Source: Balanoglossus misakiensis
Lineage: Eukaryota > Animalia > Hemichordata
Length of the DNA: 64,000 bases
Reading direction: 5' to 3'
Assembly: GCA_040954595.2 (NCBI GenBank)
Contig: CM082581.2
Location: 434,001 to 498,000, forward strand
The notes under the pieces were generated by a model. That model had not been told where the DNA came from, did no database searches, and saw nothing but the letters and a program-made list of their open reading frames with translations. Position numbers and translations under genes: made by a program. This document shows positions 43,571 to 54,886 of this stretch, piece after piece. Position 1 is the stretch's first letter, and each line of letters starts with the position of its first letter.

Positions 43571-46376
43571 ATGTCGGAACAAGAACACATCGCGCCACAA
43601 GATGGACAACAAGAGGATCAGCCAACAGCGTTGACAAAACTGAAGAGATCGCGTCGTGGTCAACGCGCACAAGTGACCCGACTGTTCAACCGGGCCGACA
43701 CCCTCATGAACAATTTCGTAGACGTCGGTACAGACAAGCCGACTACACTCGACACACTGGAAGGGCTGAACGAACAACTTTCGAACAAGATCCGTCTACT
43801 CGCCGACCTCGAGGTGAGAATCCTCGATCTAATTGACGATGAACACTTTGATGAAGAAAATGAAACTTCAGGCGACTACCACGCCGAAATCTTCGAACAC
43901 AATCATCGCATCGCATCTTTCATCAAGAAAAACAAATCGGAGATGCGGACAACTACTACTAGTACTGGTAATGTAACGGGAAGCAGCCTCGGCAACGCGA
44001 CGCCTCGTAAAACAGTAACTCTACCGAAACTCCAGCTGCAAACTTTCTCAGGCAATGTAATAGAATGGTCGAGTTTCTTCGATGTATTCAAGTCTTCGAT
44101 ACCTTCGGACACTAATTTGGACAACATTCAGAAGTTTACGTATTTGCGGAGTGTACTCAAAGATGACGCAGCGAGAACAATCAACGGATTGCCACTCACG
44201 CACGCGATTGACTTATTGACCGAAAGATACGGACAAACCCATCTCATAGTAGATGCTCATATGACCGCGTTGTGGAATCTACAAAGCCCAACCGCCGACG
44301 TACAAAGTTTAAGGCATTTCTACGACTCGATTGAAAATCACGTTCGAGGTCTTCAGTCGCTGGGTAAGGAGGAAACCACATACGGCGAACTTTTGGTTCC
44401 AATAATACGGGAGAAATTACCTCCTAACATTCGAGAGCAGATAGCAAGAAAACATGGTAATGCTGCGTGGACATTACCAGATCTACGAAAAGCCATTCAA
44501 CACGAGATAAACGCCCTTCAAGCCGGCAACCGGGTCGACGAGATAACAATGGCCACTACCAGAGAACCGGAAATAACCGCGTTTCACACGAAAACGCAGA
44601 TGACAGGTAAACAGAATTTTCGCGCCCCTGTCAAAACGTGCCCGTTCTGCAAAGGGTCACACTTCGCGTCAAATTGCACTGTGGTAACTGATACGCGCGA
44701 GAGACTGGACATTGTGAAGAAGGACAGACTATGTTTTAATTGCTTTGGAAAACATAGAGTTGCGGAGTGTAAATCAAAATACTCCTGCAGAAAGTGTAGG
44801 AAACGTCATCACTCTGCGCTACACTACGACGTTCCCACCGCTACAACTACGCCAACCGGAGCGTCGTCCTCGCCATCGCCATCATCAAGTACTTCTGATG
44901 TCAAAGTAACATTGACTAATACCGATACATTTACGGATAAGAAGATAAACACTGGGCCAGTGCTGCTGAAAACTGCGTTTGTACCACTGTCTGTCGGACG
45001 GGGAACCCCCATACATGCCATCATCCTGTTTGATGAAGGAGCAAATAAGACATTCGTCACTGAGAGATTCGCCCGTCAGCTGTCCGCGAAAGCTACGCGG
45101 CACGAACACATAAAGTTATCGACCTTCCGTGGCAAGGATTCCAAAGTACGCACCATGGGATTCACCGAACTAACTGCTCATGAACTGAACGGGAATACTT
45201 CAACTATTCACGCGATGATAATTCCAGAGATATCGTCGGACTTAACAAATCACATTTCTCAGGAAGTCCACAATATGAGCCACCTGAAAGGGCTACCATT
45301 CGCACATCCAGTTTCGAGTGATCAGTCGTGGCCAATAGATGTTCTAATCGGAGCCGACCAATATTGGAATTTCGTGGGCTCACACGTTATTTCTGGCGCG
45401 TCCGGCCCCACTGCTGTGTCATCCAAATTTGGATACTTACTCTCCGGACCCCTCGGAACTCCCAAAGTGGATTCTAATGCGCATATCTTACATGTGATTT
45501 CTACTGCTGATACCAGTAACGTAGTTTCAGAGAACTCTATCAACGGACTGCATGGAGATCGCGCAACGGACATGTATACACCGATGGATAGTACTGCGAT
45601 CGGCCGAGAACCACAGGTCCAAAATATGTGGGACCTTGAATTGATCGGTATTCAGGACAATCCAACAGTTGATGAACAGTTGACGTACGAGTCTTACAGA
45701 GACACGCACTTGAGAGTTGACCGAGGAAAATACGTAGCTAAACTACTGTGGAAGGAAGATCACCCTCCACTACCCACCAACCACGATGTCGCCATGAAAC
45801 GCACGCGTAATATGATACGCAGGTTACCCTCTGAACTCATCAAGAAATATGACGACATAATCAATGAACAGAGACGTCGCGACTTCATCGTAGAGGTTGA
45901 CGAAGATGACGTGAATATCGGACACTATTTGCCACATCGTCCGGTGGTTAAGAATTCGACCACAACACCCATTCGCATCGTTTATGATTGCTCTTGTAAG
46001 AAGGATTCTAATTATCCAAGTTTGAATGATTGCTTGCAAACTGGACCGTCATTAATAAATGACCTGCCAGCGATTCTGCTGAGATTCCGCGCCAATAACA
46101 TTGCTTTCACAGCTGACATTGAGAAAGCATTCCTGAACATTCGGTTGGAAGAAGATGAGAGGAAATTCACGAAATTTCTGTGGCTGTCGGACATTAACGA
46201 CCCAGAAAGTGACTTCATAACTTTGCAGTTTAAGTCTGTCTTGTTTGGAGCAGTCTGTTCCCCATTCATCCTCAATGCGGTTATCAAGACGCATTTAGAG
46301 AACAATAGTCAACTTCCCACCGCTGACAGATTGGGAAATAATATCTATGTGGATAATGTGATCGATGGAGTTGATA
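43571..46376 (+). pseudogene. pol: BEL-2 copy B gag-protease-RT (open frame), interrupted by the LINE just after YVDN
   Basis: 976-aa ORF with three Cys/His knuckles (CPFC..H, CFNC..H, CRKC..HH), DEG protease and RT; the last ~40 aa are read-through into the insertion. Confidence 0.93.
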
Positions 46377-46636
46377 TTTTGCTAAGATTTTCGAAGCTGT
46401 CATTGTCCCTCATATCTACCAGCATGTTCAACCAAATATATCCATTGATCAGTGTAGCCACTTTCGTTCCGGCTAACGTTGGAATGAGCATGAAAACATA
46501 AAATATTTCCACGGGCAGTCAGTCTGGGGTTCGGTGATTGACAATTTTCCTGTACATATGAATTATAGGTGGGTGGGGAGTAGAAAGCAGAAAAGACAAT
46601 ACACTATAGGATTTTCTTCTTATGAAGATATATTAC

Positions 46637-47065
46637 GTCATTAAATCTATCCAAATAAAGTTGTCAAAAAATATGAAAGACAAACACAATTGCTAATTAA
46701 TGGTCCACGTTCAGTTCTGCTGATGTCATTAAATCTATCCAAATAAAGTCGTCACAAAATATGAAAGACAAACACAATTGCTAATTAATGGTCCACGTTC
46801 AGTTCTGCTGATGTCATTAAATCTATCCAAATAAAGTCGTCACAAAATATGAAAGACAAACACAATTGCTAATTAATGGTCCACGTTCAGTTCTGCTGAT
46901 GTCATTAAATCTATCCAAATAAAGTCGTCACAAAATATGAAAGACAAACACAATTGACAATTAACGGTCAACGTTCAGTTCTGCTGACGTCCTTAAATCT
47001 ATCCAAATAAAGTTGTCAAAAAATATGAAAGACAAACACAATTGACAATTACGTTCCGTTCTGTT
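46637..47065. repeat. 88-bp tandem repeat, ~5 copies, inside the LTR (also 55071-55499)
   Basis: gtcattaaatctatccaaataaag... at 46637, 46725, 46813, 46901 and 46989. Confidence 0.95.
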
Positions 47066-47164
47066 GGCAGTTCGAATTCACGAAGCACTCACAAAAAATT
47101 TCGCATTCCGAATGTCCGAAGTCTCACAGCGCTCACCAAATTCCGTTCCGCTCAGCTGGCAAGG

Positions 47165-48420
47165 TCTGAATTCGGGAAGCACTCACCAAATTCCGTTCAG
47201 CTCCGCTGGCAATGTCCGAAGTCGGGAAGCACTCACAGAAATTCCGTTCAGTTCCGCTGGCAATGTCCGAATTCAGAAAGCACTCACACAATTCAGTTCA
47301 GCTCCGCTGGCAATGTCCGAAGTCGGGAAGCACTCACAGAAATTCCGTTCAGTTCCGCTGGCAATGTCCGAATTCAGAAAGCACTCACACAATTCAGTTC
47401 AGCTCCGCTGGCAATGTCCGAAGTCGGGAAGCACTCACAGAAATTCCGTTCAGTTCCGCTGGCAATGTCCGAATTCAGAAAGCACTCACACAATTCAGTT
47501 CAGCTCCGCTGGCAATGTCCGAAGTCGGGAAGCACTCACAGAAATTCCGTTCAGTTCCGCTGGCAATGTCCGAATTCAGAAAGCACTCACACAATTCAGT
47601 TCAGCTCCGCTGGCAATGTCCGAAGTCGGGAAGCACTCACAGAAATTCCGTTCAGTTCCGCTGGCAATGTCCGAATTCAGAAAGCACTCACACAATTCAG
47701 TTCAGCTCCGCTGGCAATGTCCGAAGTCGGGAAGCACTCACAGAAATTCCGTTCAGTTCCGCTGGCAATGTCCGAATTCAGAAAGCACTCACACAATTCA
47801 GTTCAGCTCCGCTGGCAATGTCCGAAGTCGGGAAGCACTCACAGAAATTCCGTTCAGTTCCGCTGGCAATGTCCGAATTCAGAAAGCACTCACACAATTC
47901 AGTTCAGCTCCGCTGGCAATGTCCGAAGTCGGGAAGCACTCACAGAAATTCCGTTCAGTTCCGCTGGCAATGTCCGAATTCAGAAAGCACTCACACAATT
48001 CAGTTCAGCTCCGCTGGCAATGTCCGAAGTCGGGAAGCACTCACAGAAATTCCGTTCAGTTCCGCTGGCAATGTCCGAATTCAGAAAGCACTCACACAAT
48101 TCAGTTCAGCTCCGCTGGCAATGTCCGAAGTCGGGAAGCACTCACAGAAATTCCGTTCAGTTCCGCTGGCAATGTCCGAATTCAGAAAGCACTCACACAA
48201 TTCAGTTCAGCTCCGCTGGCAATGTCCGAAGTCGGGAAGCACTCACAGAAATTCCGTTCAGTTCCGCTGGCAATGTCCGAATTCAGAAAGCACTCACACA
48301 ATTCAGTTCAGCTCCGCTGGCAATGTCCGAAGTCGGGAAGCACTCACAGAAATTCCGTTCAGTTCCGCTGGCAATGTCCGAATTCAGGAAGCACTCACCA
48401 AATTCCGTTCAGCTCCGCTG
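47165..48420. repeat. 101-bp tandem repeat (dimer of related ~50-bp subunits), 12 copies, inside the LTR (also ~55600-56854)
   Basis: atgtccgaagtcggg every 101 bp from 47212 to 48323; degenerate subunits at both edges. Confidence 0.96.
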
Positions 48421-48678
48421 CTGCCCCAGGAAGACTTCCCCCCCGACCCTTCACACCAGACTTAAATACTGTGGTGCGGATGAATACGGCAGTTCTATTG
48501 GCGCAAAGAGTGTACCCAGGTGTACCAGGCGTGTCATTAATTAGCGCCCCCCACGTCCGGATGGGCCAAAATATCATTATGTTACATACTCCCCCCGTTT
48601 ATCAAAAGGTCGTCCCGACCTTTGCGGTCAAACTGGCATCATATCCGTACTGTCTGCGGGTAGAACATCTATTTGTTG

Positions 48679-51600
48679 TCAATGGTGCCCATTGGCCAAT
48701 TTCCCGTTGTCATGGCGTAGTAGACTTTCCATCACTTGCAAGAACATGGGTAACAGCGTATTGGTTGGGTCTCTGCGGTTGGAATCTTCATTGAAGATAT
48801 GTGCATAACTAAATCTGTCTGGAGGTTTGCGGATTCTACTCGATCGTCTCGGCAAGGTTCTGTCACTCACTTCAGTCTCTTGTTCACTCACTGCATTCGG
48901 GTCAACGGTTTCTTCGTCCTCCCCACCAACTTCGGTAGATATAGTATCGGCTATTTCATCCACGGCAGTGTAATTCTGCCTCAGTTGATCTGGTAGATCT
49001 TCCTCTGTGGCTGTGGTAATATTGGAACTGGTGAAAGTCACATCGGCTGTTTTCTGCATCAGTTGATTGGATGAATTTTCTTCTGTGGCTGATTCTACAC
49101 CACTGGAAGTCACCTCTGCGATTTTCTGCGCTGTTGTCGATGTAGTGTTGGCTGAATTCAGACATCTCTCTGGTACTGACTTTGGCACTAAACCTTTACT
49201 ATCAGTTTGTTGGGCAGGAATGAGGAGTTCCCACAATTCTTCTTCTTCTGTCTCATACAGGTCTCTGTCGTCTTCCTCCTTCTTTTGTCGTCGAGTTCTT
49301 AGTTCCTTCGGACTTGTGTTTTCTTGTTGGCTTTGTTTCAACGGTCTGTCCGGATAGGGTATTGGTAACGAACTGCATGGTAACAAAAGATTTCTGTGGA
49401 GTGTTCTTTCCTTTCCATTTGGTCCCTCTGATTTTACAACATACACAGGGATATCTGGATTCACTCTTTTTACCACCCGGTAACGTTGTGCTTCCCATCT
49501 ATCGGCTATCTTTTGTTTGCCTCGTAGGTTCACGTTCTTCACCAGTACTACATCTCCCGGTTCCAGTAGGGCTTCTGTAGTTTTCCTATCATAACGCTGT
49601 TTATTCTGATCGGCCAGCTCACCCGCCTTGGTCACTGCCAACTTGTAAGCTTCTGCCAATCGGTTCCGCATCTTACTAACATACTCGTCATAGTTGTTGT
49701 CTTCCGCTTCCTCCGATTGTAGACCCATATATACGTCGATGGCCAGTTTGGGGTGCCTACCATACATCAGATAATAAGGAGCAAATCCGGTGCTGTCATT
49801 TCGGGTACAATTATAGGCATGGACTACAGCAGTAATGTGCTTCTTCCATTCTGCTTTCTTATGTCTTGGTAATGTTCCCAGCATGTCAAGAAGGGTTCTG
49901 TTGAATCGTTCGCATTGTCCATTCCCCTGCGGATGATATGGCGTCGTTCTACTCTTTTCAATTCCCACCAAATCACAGAGTTGTCTGATGACCCGAGATT
50001 CGAACTCTCTGCCTTGATCCGAATGTAATTTCCCGGGTAATCCATAGTGAAGGAGGAAGTGGTTATATAAATACTCTGCCGTTGTTTTGGCCTTTTGGTT
50101 TGGAGTTGGAATGGCTACTGCATATCTGGTGAAATGGTCAGTTATTACGAGGACACTGGCTACCCCTCCTTTTCCATCTTCAATGGTTAAGTAATCCATA
50201 CATAGTAATTCAAGCGGTTGGGTTGTTTTGATGCTGGTAAGTGGAGCGACTTCTTGCTGGTTGCTTTGCAGTTTCCGTCGAGTGCATCTTTCACACGTCT
50301 TTATTTTCTGTTCGACATCTCGGCTCATGAAGGGCCAGTAAAACCTCGCTCTGAGTAGTTCCAGGGTGCGTTCTTGACCCAAGTGTCCAACATCGTCATG
50401 TACACCTTCCAAAGCCGTCCCACGATATGTTGTAGGTAATACCAGCTGATACTTCGTTTTTCCATCCATTCCAGTACGCTTTCTGTGTAACACATCCTGT
50501 CTGAAACATAATCTGCTCCACTCCCTCAGTCCTGCTTTCACACCATTGGTTTCTTGGCTTCTTTCCACTTTTGTAGGAGGCCGTTTCCGTTCACAGAATC
50601 GATATAGCGGTCCAATTTCGGGGTCCGTTTGTTGTAATTGTTTCCACTCTTGCATGGTTACTGCTGGTAAGGAAATCATTCCTGGAGCTACAGGAGGTTC
50701 ACCCAAACTCTCTGGAATTGCTGTCTGCATACATGTTATAGCTTCTACCCAGGGACTGTTGGACACATGTTGGCTCATGGCTTTTACTTCATCAGGTGAC
50801 ACTCGTACTGGTTCCTTGTTCATTAAGTTTCTGCAGCTCTCATCCACATCCATTTCTCCAACACATCCTTGTCGGGAAAGTCCATCAGCATCTTGGTTTT
50901 TTCGTCCAGGTCTGTACATCAACTCAAAATTGTAGGTCGCTAGTGCTGCTAACCACCGATGGCCAGTGGCATCCAGTTTTGCGGTTGTGTTCACGTAAGT
51001 CAGGGGATTATTATCAGTTACCACAACGAATTTATGCCCATAGAGATAGTCGTGGAACTTCTCAGATACTGCCCACTTTAAGGCCAGAAACTCCAATTTA
51101 TGGGATGGATAGTTCCTCTCGCTCCTTGAAAGTGACCGGCTTGCATACATGATAACTCGCTTCTCTTTCCCTTCTCCTTGGTATAGCACAGCACCCAGGC
51201 CAATGGAACTTGCATCTATGTGTAACTCGAAGGGCTTCGTATAATCTGCATAGGCCAACACAGGAGGATTCGTCAGTCTGTCAATTACGGCATCAAATGC
51301 CTGTTGATGTTCATCAGTCCACTTGAATTCCGGGACACGTCTTCGGTTCTCAGCCTGGTGTTTCCGTTTTGTGGGTAGACCAACTGTCAGTTCATTCAGG
51401 GGCTTCACTAACTTAGCATATCCCTCCACAAATCGGCGGTAGTAACCAGCAAACCCAAGGAACTGTTTTACTTCTTTGGCGGTCGTAGGTACTTTCCATT
51501 TCTTCAACTCTGCTATCTTATCTGGATCTGTTTCGATTCCTCCTTCTGATACTAAATGTCCCAAGTACTTCACTCGACATCTTAGCAACTGACACTTGCT

Positions 51601-54600
51601 GGGTTTAAGTTTCAGTCCCTTTTCCTTTAATCTATCCAGGACCTGGGCTAACCGCTCTAGATGTTCTTCGAAAGTACGGGAGAAGATTATTATGTCATCC
51701 AGGTATACCAAACAAATATTCAAATGTAAGTCCCCCAAGCATTTCTCCATACATCTTTGGAAAGTAGCTGGACTTCCTGTTAAACCAATAGGCATAGTGG
51801 TACATTCCCAGAATCCAACAGGAGTAACAAATGCTGTTTTCTCTATGTCTTCCTCTGCCATACCTATTTGCCAATATCCGGACTTCAAATCTAGGGACGA
51901 AAACCATTTTGCGCCTCCTAGTGCATCAAGACTTTCGTCAATTCTTGGTAATGCATACGAATCTCGGATGGTACGAGCGTTGAGTTTCCTATAATCTATA
52001 CACAATCTGGTATGTCCATCTTTCTTCTGCACCAACACTATCGGCGCTGCCCATGGACTATACGATTCTCTGATGACACCACTTTCCAACATCCCTTTTA
52101 TAACTTGTCGGACTTCTTCGTACATAGCTGGCGGTATCCGTCTGTATCTTTCTTTGATAGGCTGGTCATCTGTTAACCGTATGCGATGCTTCTCCACCGA
52201 ACAATACCCCAGATCATTTTCATGTAATGAAAATGCAGTAAGTTTCCGCTGCAGGTGGTCACGAACTTGTTGTAGCTGGGATTCACTGGTTGGCGAGTCA
52301 GACATATCGAATTCCACACCATCCCCTAGGGTAATCTTCCGTGCTTCTGGTGGTTTCACTTCATGTGGAACTGTGTCAATTGTGGGTTGGTCTACTTCAC
52401 TTTGCGGATTACTGTCTTGTGGTCGTTCATCGGGACGTCCAAGCCAGGTGACGGCATACGCTCGAGCTACCACTTCACCTGGTCGAATGATTACTGGGGA
52501 ACTTGAAACATTTTGTACACGGATAGGTACCTTTGATTTCGTCTGTTGGCACTTCAGGACAGCAACTGCCGGACTCGTGGTAAACTGGCCTGTCATCTCA
52601 CCAGTGGGCTCTACCGCAACTACATACTGATCACCCGTGGGTCCTTTTCTAGCACGTCCCCAAATCGTTGTCATACATCCAGGTTCCAACTTCATCGGAT
52701 AGCGTAGTAATGCTTTGATACATCCCAGGTCCCCTTTCGGTCCAACAAATCTGTCTCTGGCCTCAAGTTTTTTAAATACTCCTTTTCCTATTGCAGATAT
52801 TCTCATCGCCCGTACCCCTTTCTGATGCTTGGAATCAAAGAACCCCCTCGGCAACAGCTCTAGTAGGTTGGTTCCTATTAATATTGGTACGTTTGTATTA
52901 TACTCCGTTGTTGGCACTACTAAGGCAGGAATAGAGTACTCACTGTTATCTCCGAAAACTTCAATTGGAAATGACATCCCCACTTCTACGATACCAAGAA
53001 AAGGTATGGGTTGATCATTGGCACCTTTGATCTCAAGTGCATCTTCTGTTGACTGGATTGGTCTGTCGGATAACCATTCGTGGTAGAAGTCCGAACCAAT
53101 AGTAGTAACTTGGGACCCTGTGTCAATCAAACATGTCACGTCTTTCCCTTCCACCAATACAGTTCCTTCCATGGCTCCACCAATAAGTCCAACTCGCTTC
53201 GGTTGAATCTGGATTGGTTTCCTTCCAACACGAGCTTTGTGTAACTTGCACATGTTCAATCTGGACGAGGTTTTGGGTGTTTCGACACGTCTCTGTCTAC
53301 ACTGCCTGGCCAAATGTCCCACTTCTCCACAGTTGTAACAGGATCGATTTTCAACGTTCTTGGGTTTTGGGCAGTTCTGGGCAAAATGTCCCTGCTCTCT
53401 GCAATTGTAACAGACTATGTAATTCAAGGATGAGGGTTGTGATAAATCTCTCTGGGATTTTCTTACCGGACAGGTTCCAGACACCACAGGCCGCGACGAC
53501 ATTCCAACTGAGGTTCTCAATTCATCCCACTGTTGTTTAGTTTGTCGCAGTTCATCTTCCAGGTGCTTCATACTTTCCGCTTGCCTTCTGACCACCTCTG
53601 TAAGATCATGAATTTCCTTCACAGCCATCTGGACGGTCTTCGCTGTCTGTTTGTCCGTACCCTTCACCTCCTCAACAGTTGGTGTCATCAGTTGAGTTCT
53701 GCCTCTGACTGCTACCTTCCCTCTATTGTCATTGGTTCTTTCTTTGGCTTCTTGCTCCACATTCCGGGCTAGGTGAATCAGCTGTTCAAAGTTAGTGTTT
53801 CGACTAATTTCTGGGCGCAGAACATCAAATATACGATCGGATTGCAATCCTCTCCAAAATACCGTTTTCAAGGTTTCTTCTATTGCCCCCTGTGTTATAC
53901 CACCTCGTCTTCGGACTGCATGAATTTCCCCTTCTAATCGATTCGCATACCGTGACACACTCTCATCATCTCTCTGTCGGTTATTCCGATAAAATCTCTC
54001 CAACAGCATAGCTCCGGACTCAATTTCCCCAAAACTGGTGTCTAATTTGTGTAAAATGTGATCCAAAGTTGCATTTTGATCCAAATTCATTACTAACCGG
54101 CTTGCAGATCCTCGCAACGACTTGCGCACTGCCTGTAGAACTGCTCTGGGGCTGTGGGTTTGATCTTGCAGCAAACACTCCACTTCGTACTTCCACAACT
54201 CGAAATCAGCATCAGTTTTCCGGTCAGCATCTCCAGAAAAGGTGGACAGCCTTGGAGGTTGATACAGAGCCAACGGCACAGCACCACTTGGGGATATTGG
54301 CACAGCACCACTTGTGTTATTAACTGCAATACCATGACCGTCTCTTCTTCTAGTGGTAGTTTCCTGTTGATTGACTGACATATCAATTAGGGCTTCATTT
54401 CCACACACTGACCCACCTTGTAGTTCAGCTCTAATATTGTCTTCCTCCTCTTTCAATTCTTGTTGTCTTCTAAGCAGCAGTTTCATTCTCTCGATTTCGA
54501 TTTCTCTCTGCCGTAGTGTCTGCTGGAAATCATCCAGTCTGGCTTTTGTGGCTTTCTCTGCTTCCAACAAATTCTGCAAGGGTTGCATCCTGTCTTCTGG

Positions 54601-54765
54601 TGGAGTTACTGGAGAACGGAATGCACCACGACCTCTGGCCTGTCGTATTCCACCCACTGACTGTGAAAGTTCTCGGCGTCGAGGAATAGTTCCGGTATTA
54701 GGGGTAGCCATCTCCTCCTTCAAAATACTGTCAATATCTAAATGCGTTGCCATATCGAATATCAA
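48679..54765 (-). CDS. gag-pol: Gypsy gag-pol polyprotein, 2028 aa (PNMA-like capsid, 2 CCHC knuckles, protease, RT, RNase H, integrase)
   Basis: PRLSTFSG..FELWKYEV..SLRG capsid; CYNCREQGHFAQNC and CYNCGEVGHLARQC; LIDTGS; LDLKSGYWQ and YLDD; DAS/TDNNPL; GHLG..C..C, MD..SDQG..ERFN; PR-RT-RH-IN order. Confidence 0.97.
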   Translation of the reverse strand: MIFDMATHLDIDSILKEEMATPNTGTIPRRRELSQSVGGIRQARGRGAFRSPVTPPEDRMQPLQNLLEAEKATKARLDDFQQTLRQREIEIERMKLLLRRQQELKEEEDNIRAELQGGSVCGNEALIDMSVNQQETTTRRRDGHGIAVNNTSGAVPISPSGAVPLALYQPPRLSTFSGDADRKTDADFELWKYEVECLLQDQTHSPRAVLQAVRKSLRGSASRLVMNLDQNATLDHILHKLDTSFGEIESGAMLLERFYRNNRQRDDESVSRYANRLEGEIHAVRRRGGITQGAIEETLKTVFWRGLQSDRIFDVLRPEISRNTNFEQLIHLARNVEQEAKERTNDNRGKVAVRGRTQLMTPTVEEVKGTDKQTAKTVQMAVKEIHDLTEVVRRQAESMKHLEDELRQTKQQWDELRTSVGMSSRPVVSGTCPVRKSQRDLSQPSSLNYIVCYNCREQGHFAQNCPKPKNVENRSCYNCGEVGHLARQCRQRRVETPKTSSRLNMCKLHKARVGRKPIQIQPKRVGLIGGAMEGTVLVEGKDVTCLIDTGSQVTTIGSDFYHEWLSDRPIQSTEDALEIKGANDQPIPFLGIVEVGMSFPIEVFGDNSEYSIPALVVPTTEYNTNVPILIGTNLLELLPRGFFDSKHQKGVRAMRISAIGKGVFKKLEARDRFVGPKGDLGCIKALLRYPMKLEPGCMTTIWGRARKGPTGDQYVVAVEPTGEMTGQFTTSPAVAVLKCQQTKSKVPIRVQNVSSSPVIIRPGEVVARAYAVTWLGRPDERPQDSNPQSEVDQPTIDTVPHEVKPPEARKITLGDGVEFDMSDSPTSESQLQQVRDHLQRKLTAFSLHENDLGYCSVEKHRIRLTDDQPIKERYRRIPPAMYEEVRQVIKGMLESGVIRESYSPWAAPIVLVQKKDGHTRLCIDYRKLNARTIRDSYALPRIDESLDALGGAKWFSSLDLKSGYWQIGMAEEDIEKTAFVTPVGFWECTTMPIGLTGSPATFQRCMEKCLGDLHLNICLVYLDDIIIFSRTFEEHLERLAQVLDRLKEKGLKLKPSKCQLLRCRVKYLGHLVSEGGIETDPDKIAELKKWKVPTTAKEVKQFLGFAGYYRRFVEGYAKLVKPLNELTVGLPTKRKHQAENRRRVPEFKWTDEHQQAFDAVIDRLTNPPVLAYADYTKPFELHIDASSIGLGAVLYQGEGKEKRVIMYASRSLSRSERNYPSHKLEFLALKWAVSEKFHDYLYGHKFVVVTDNNPLTYVNTTAKLDATGHRWLAALATYNFELMYRPGRKNQDADGLSRQGCVGEMDVDESCRNLMNKEPVRVSPDEVKAMSQHVSNSPWVEAITCMQTAIPESLGEPPVAPGMISLPAVTMQEWKQLQQTDPEIGPLYRFCERKRPPTKVERSQETNGVKAGLREWSRLCFRQDVLHRKRTGMDGKTKYQLVLPTTYRGTALEGVHDDVGHLGQERTLELLRARFYWPFMSRDVEQKIKTCERCTRRKLQSNQQEVAPLTSIKTTQPLELLCMDYLTIEDGKGGVASVLVITDHFTRYAVAIPTPNQKAKTTAEYLYNHFLLHYGLPGKLHSDQGREFESRVIRQLCDLVGIEKSRTTPYHPQGNGQCERFNRTLLDMLGTLPRHKKAEWKKHITAVVHAYNCTRNDSTGFAPYYLMYGRHPKLAIDVYMGLQSEEAEDNNYDEYVSKMRNRLAEAYKLAVTKAGELADQNKQRYDRKTTEALLEPGDVVLVKNVNLRGKQKIADRWEAQRYRVVKRVNPDIPVYVVKSEGPNGKERTLHRNLLLPCSSLPIPYPDRPLKQSQQENTSPKELRTRRQKKEEDDRDLYETEEEELWELLIPAQQTDSKGLVPKSVPERCLNSANTTSTTAQKIAEVTSSGVESATEENSSNQLMQKTADVTFTSSNITTATEEDLPDQLRQNYTAVDEIADTISTEVGGEDEETVDPNAVSEQETEVSDRTLPRRSSRIRKPPDRFSYAHIFNEDSNRRDPTNTLLPMFLQVMESLLRHDNGKLANGHH

Positions 54766-54864
54766 AAATCAGAATTGTACAAAAATTCTCTGCCTTATTC
54801 TGCCCAATTTCCCGACACACCACACATACATAGCCAACCAACACAAAGTATTACCGACCCCAAA

Positions 54865-54882
54865 GCCCCACGTTGGGCGCCA
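54865..54882 (-). promoter_or_regulatory. Primer-binding site complementary to tRNA-Lys(CUU)
   Basis: The minus strand reads TGGCGCCCAACGTGGGGC, the canonical Lys1,2 PBS, 4 nt inside the 5' LTR. Confidence 0.92.
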
Positions 54883-54886
54883 TTTA

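Larger units (their letters stand above)
46453..48586 (-). repeat. 3' LTR of the Gypsy element
   Basis: Direct repeat of 54887-57020 (offset 8434); preceded on the minus strand by PPT aaacggggggagta (48587-48600). Confidence 0.96.

Noticed and set aside
47212-47312. Homology between the Gypsy LTR 101-bp unit and the host 80-bp satellite unit
   Set aside because: Only scattered 5-8 bp words are shared (gcactc, cagaaa, aagtcggg), with no collinear alignment visible.
47165-48420. CRISPR-like appearance of the LTR array and of the 80-bp satellite units
   Set aside because: No unique spacers, no cas genes, and the context is eukaryotic retroelements.
47042-48794. 400-576 aa repetitive ORFs in all three + frames (also 55476-56978)
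   Set aside because: They arise from a 101-bp unit that happens to lack + strand stop triplets; 101 is not a multiple of 3, so all frames give the same cyclic peptide. They are antisense to the element and show no domain signal.
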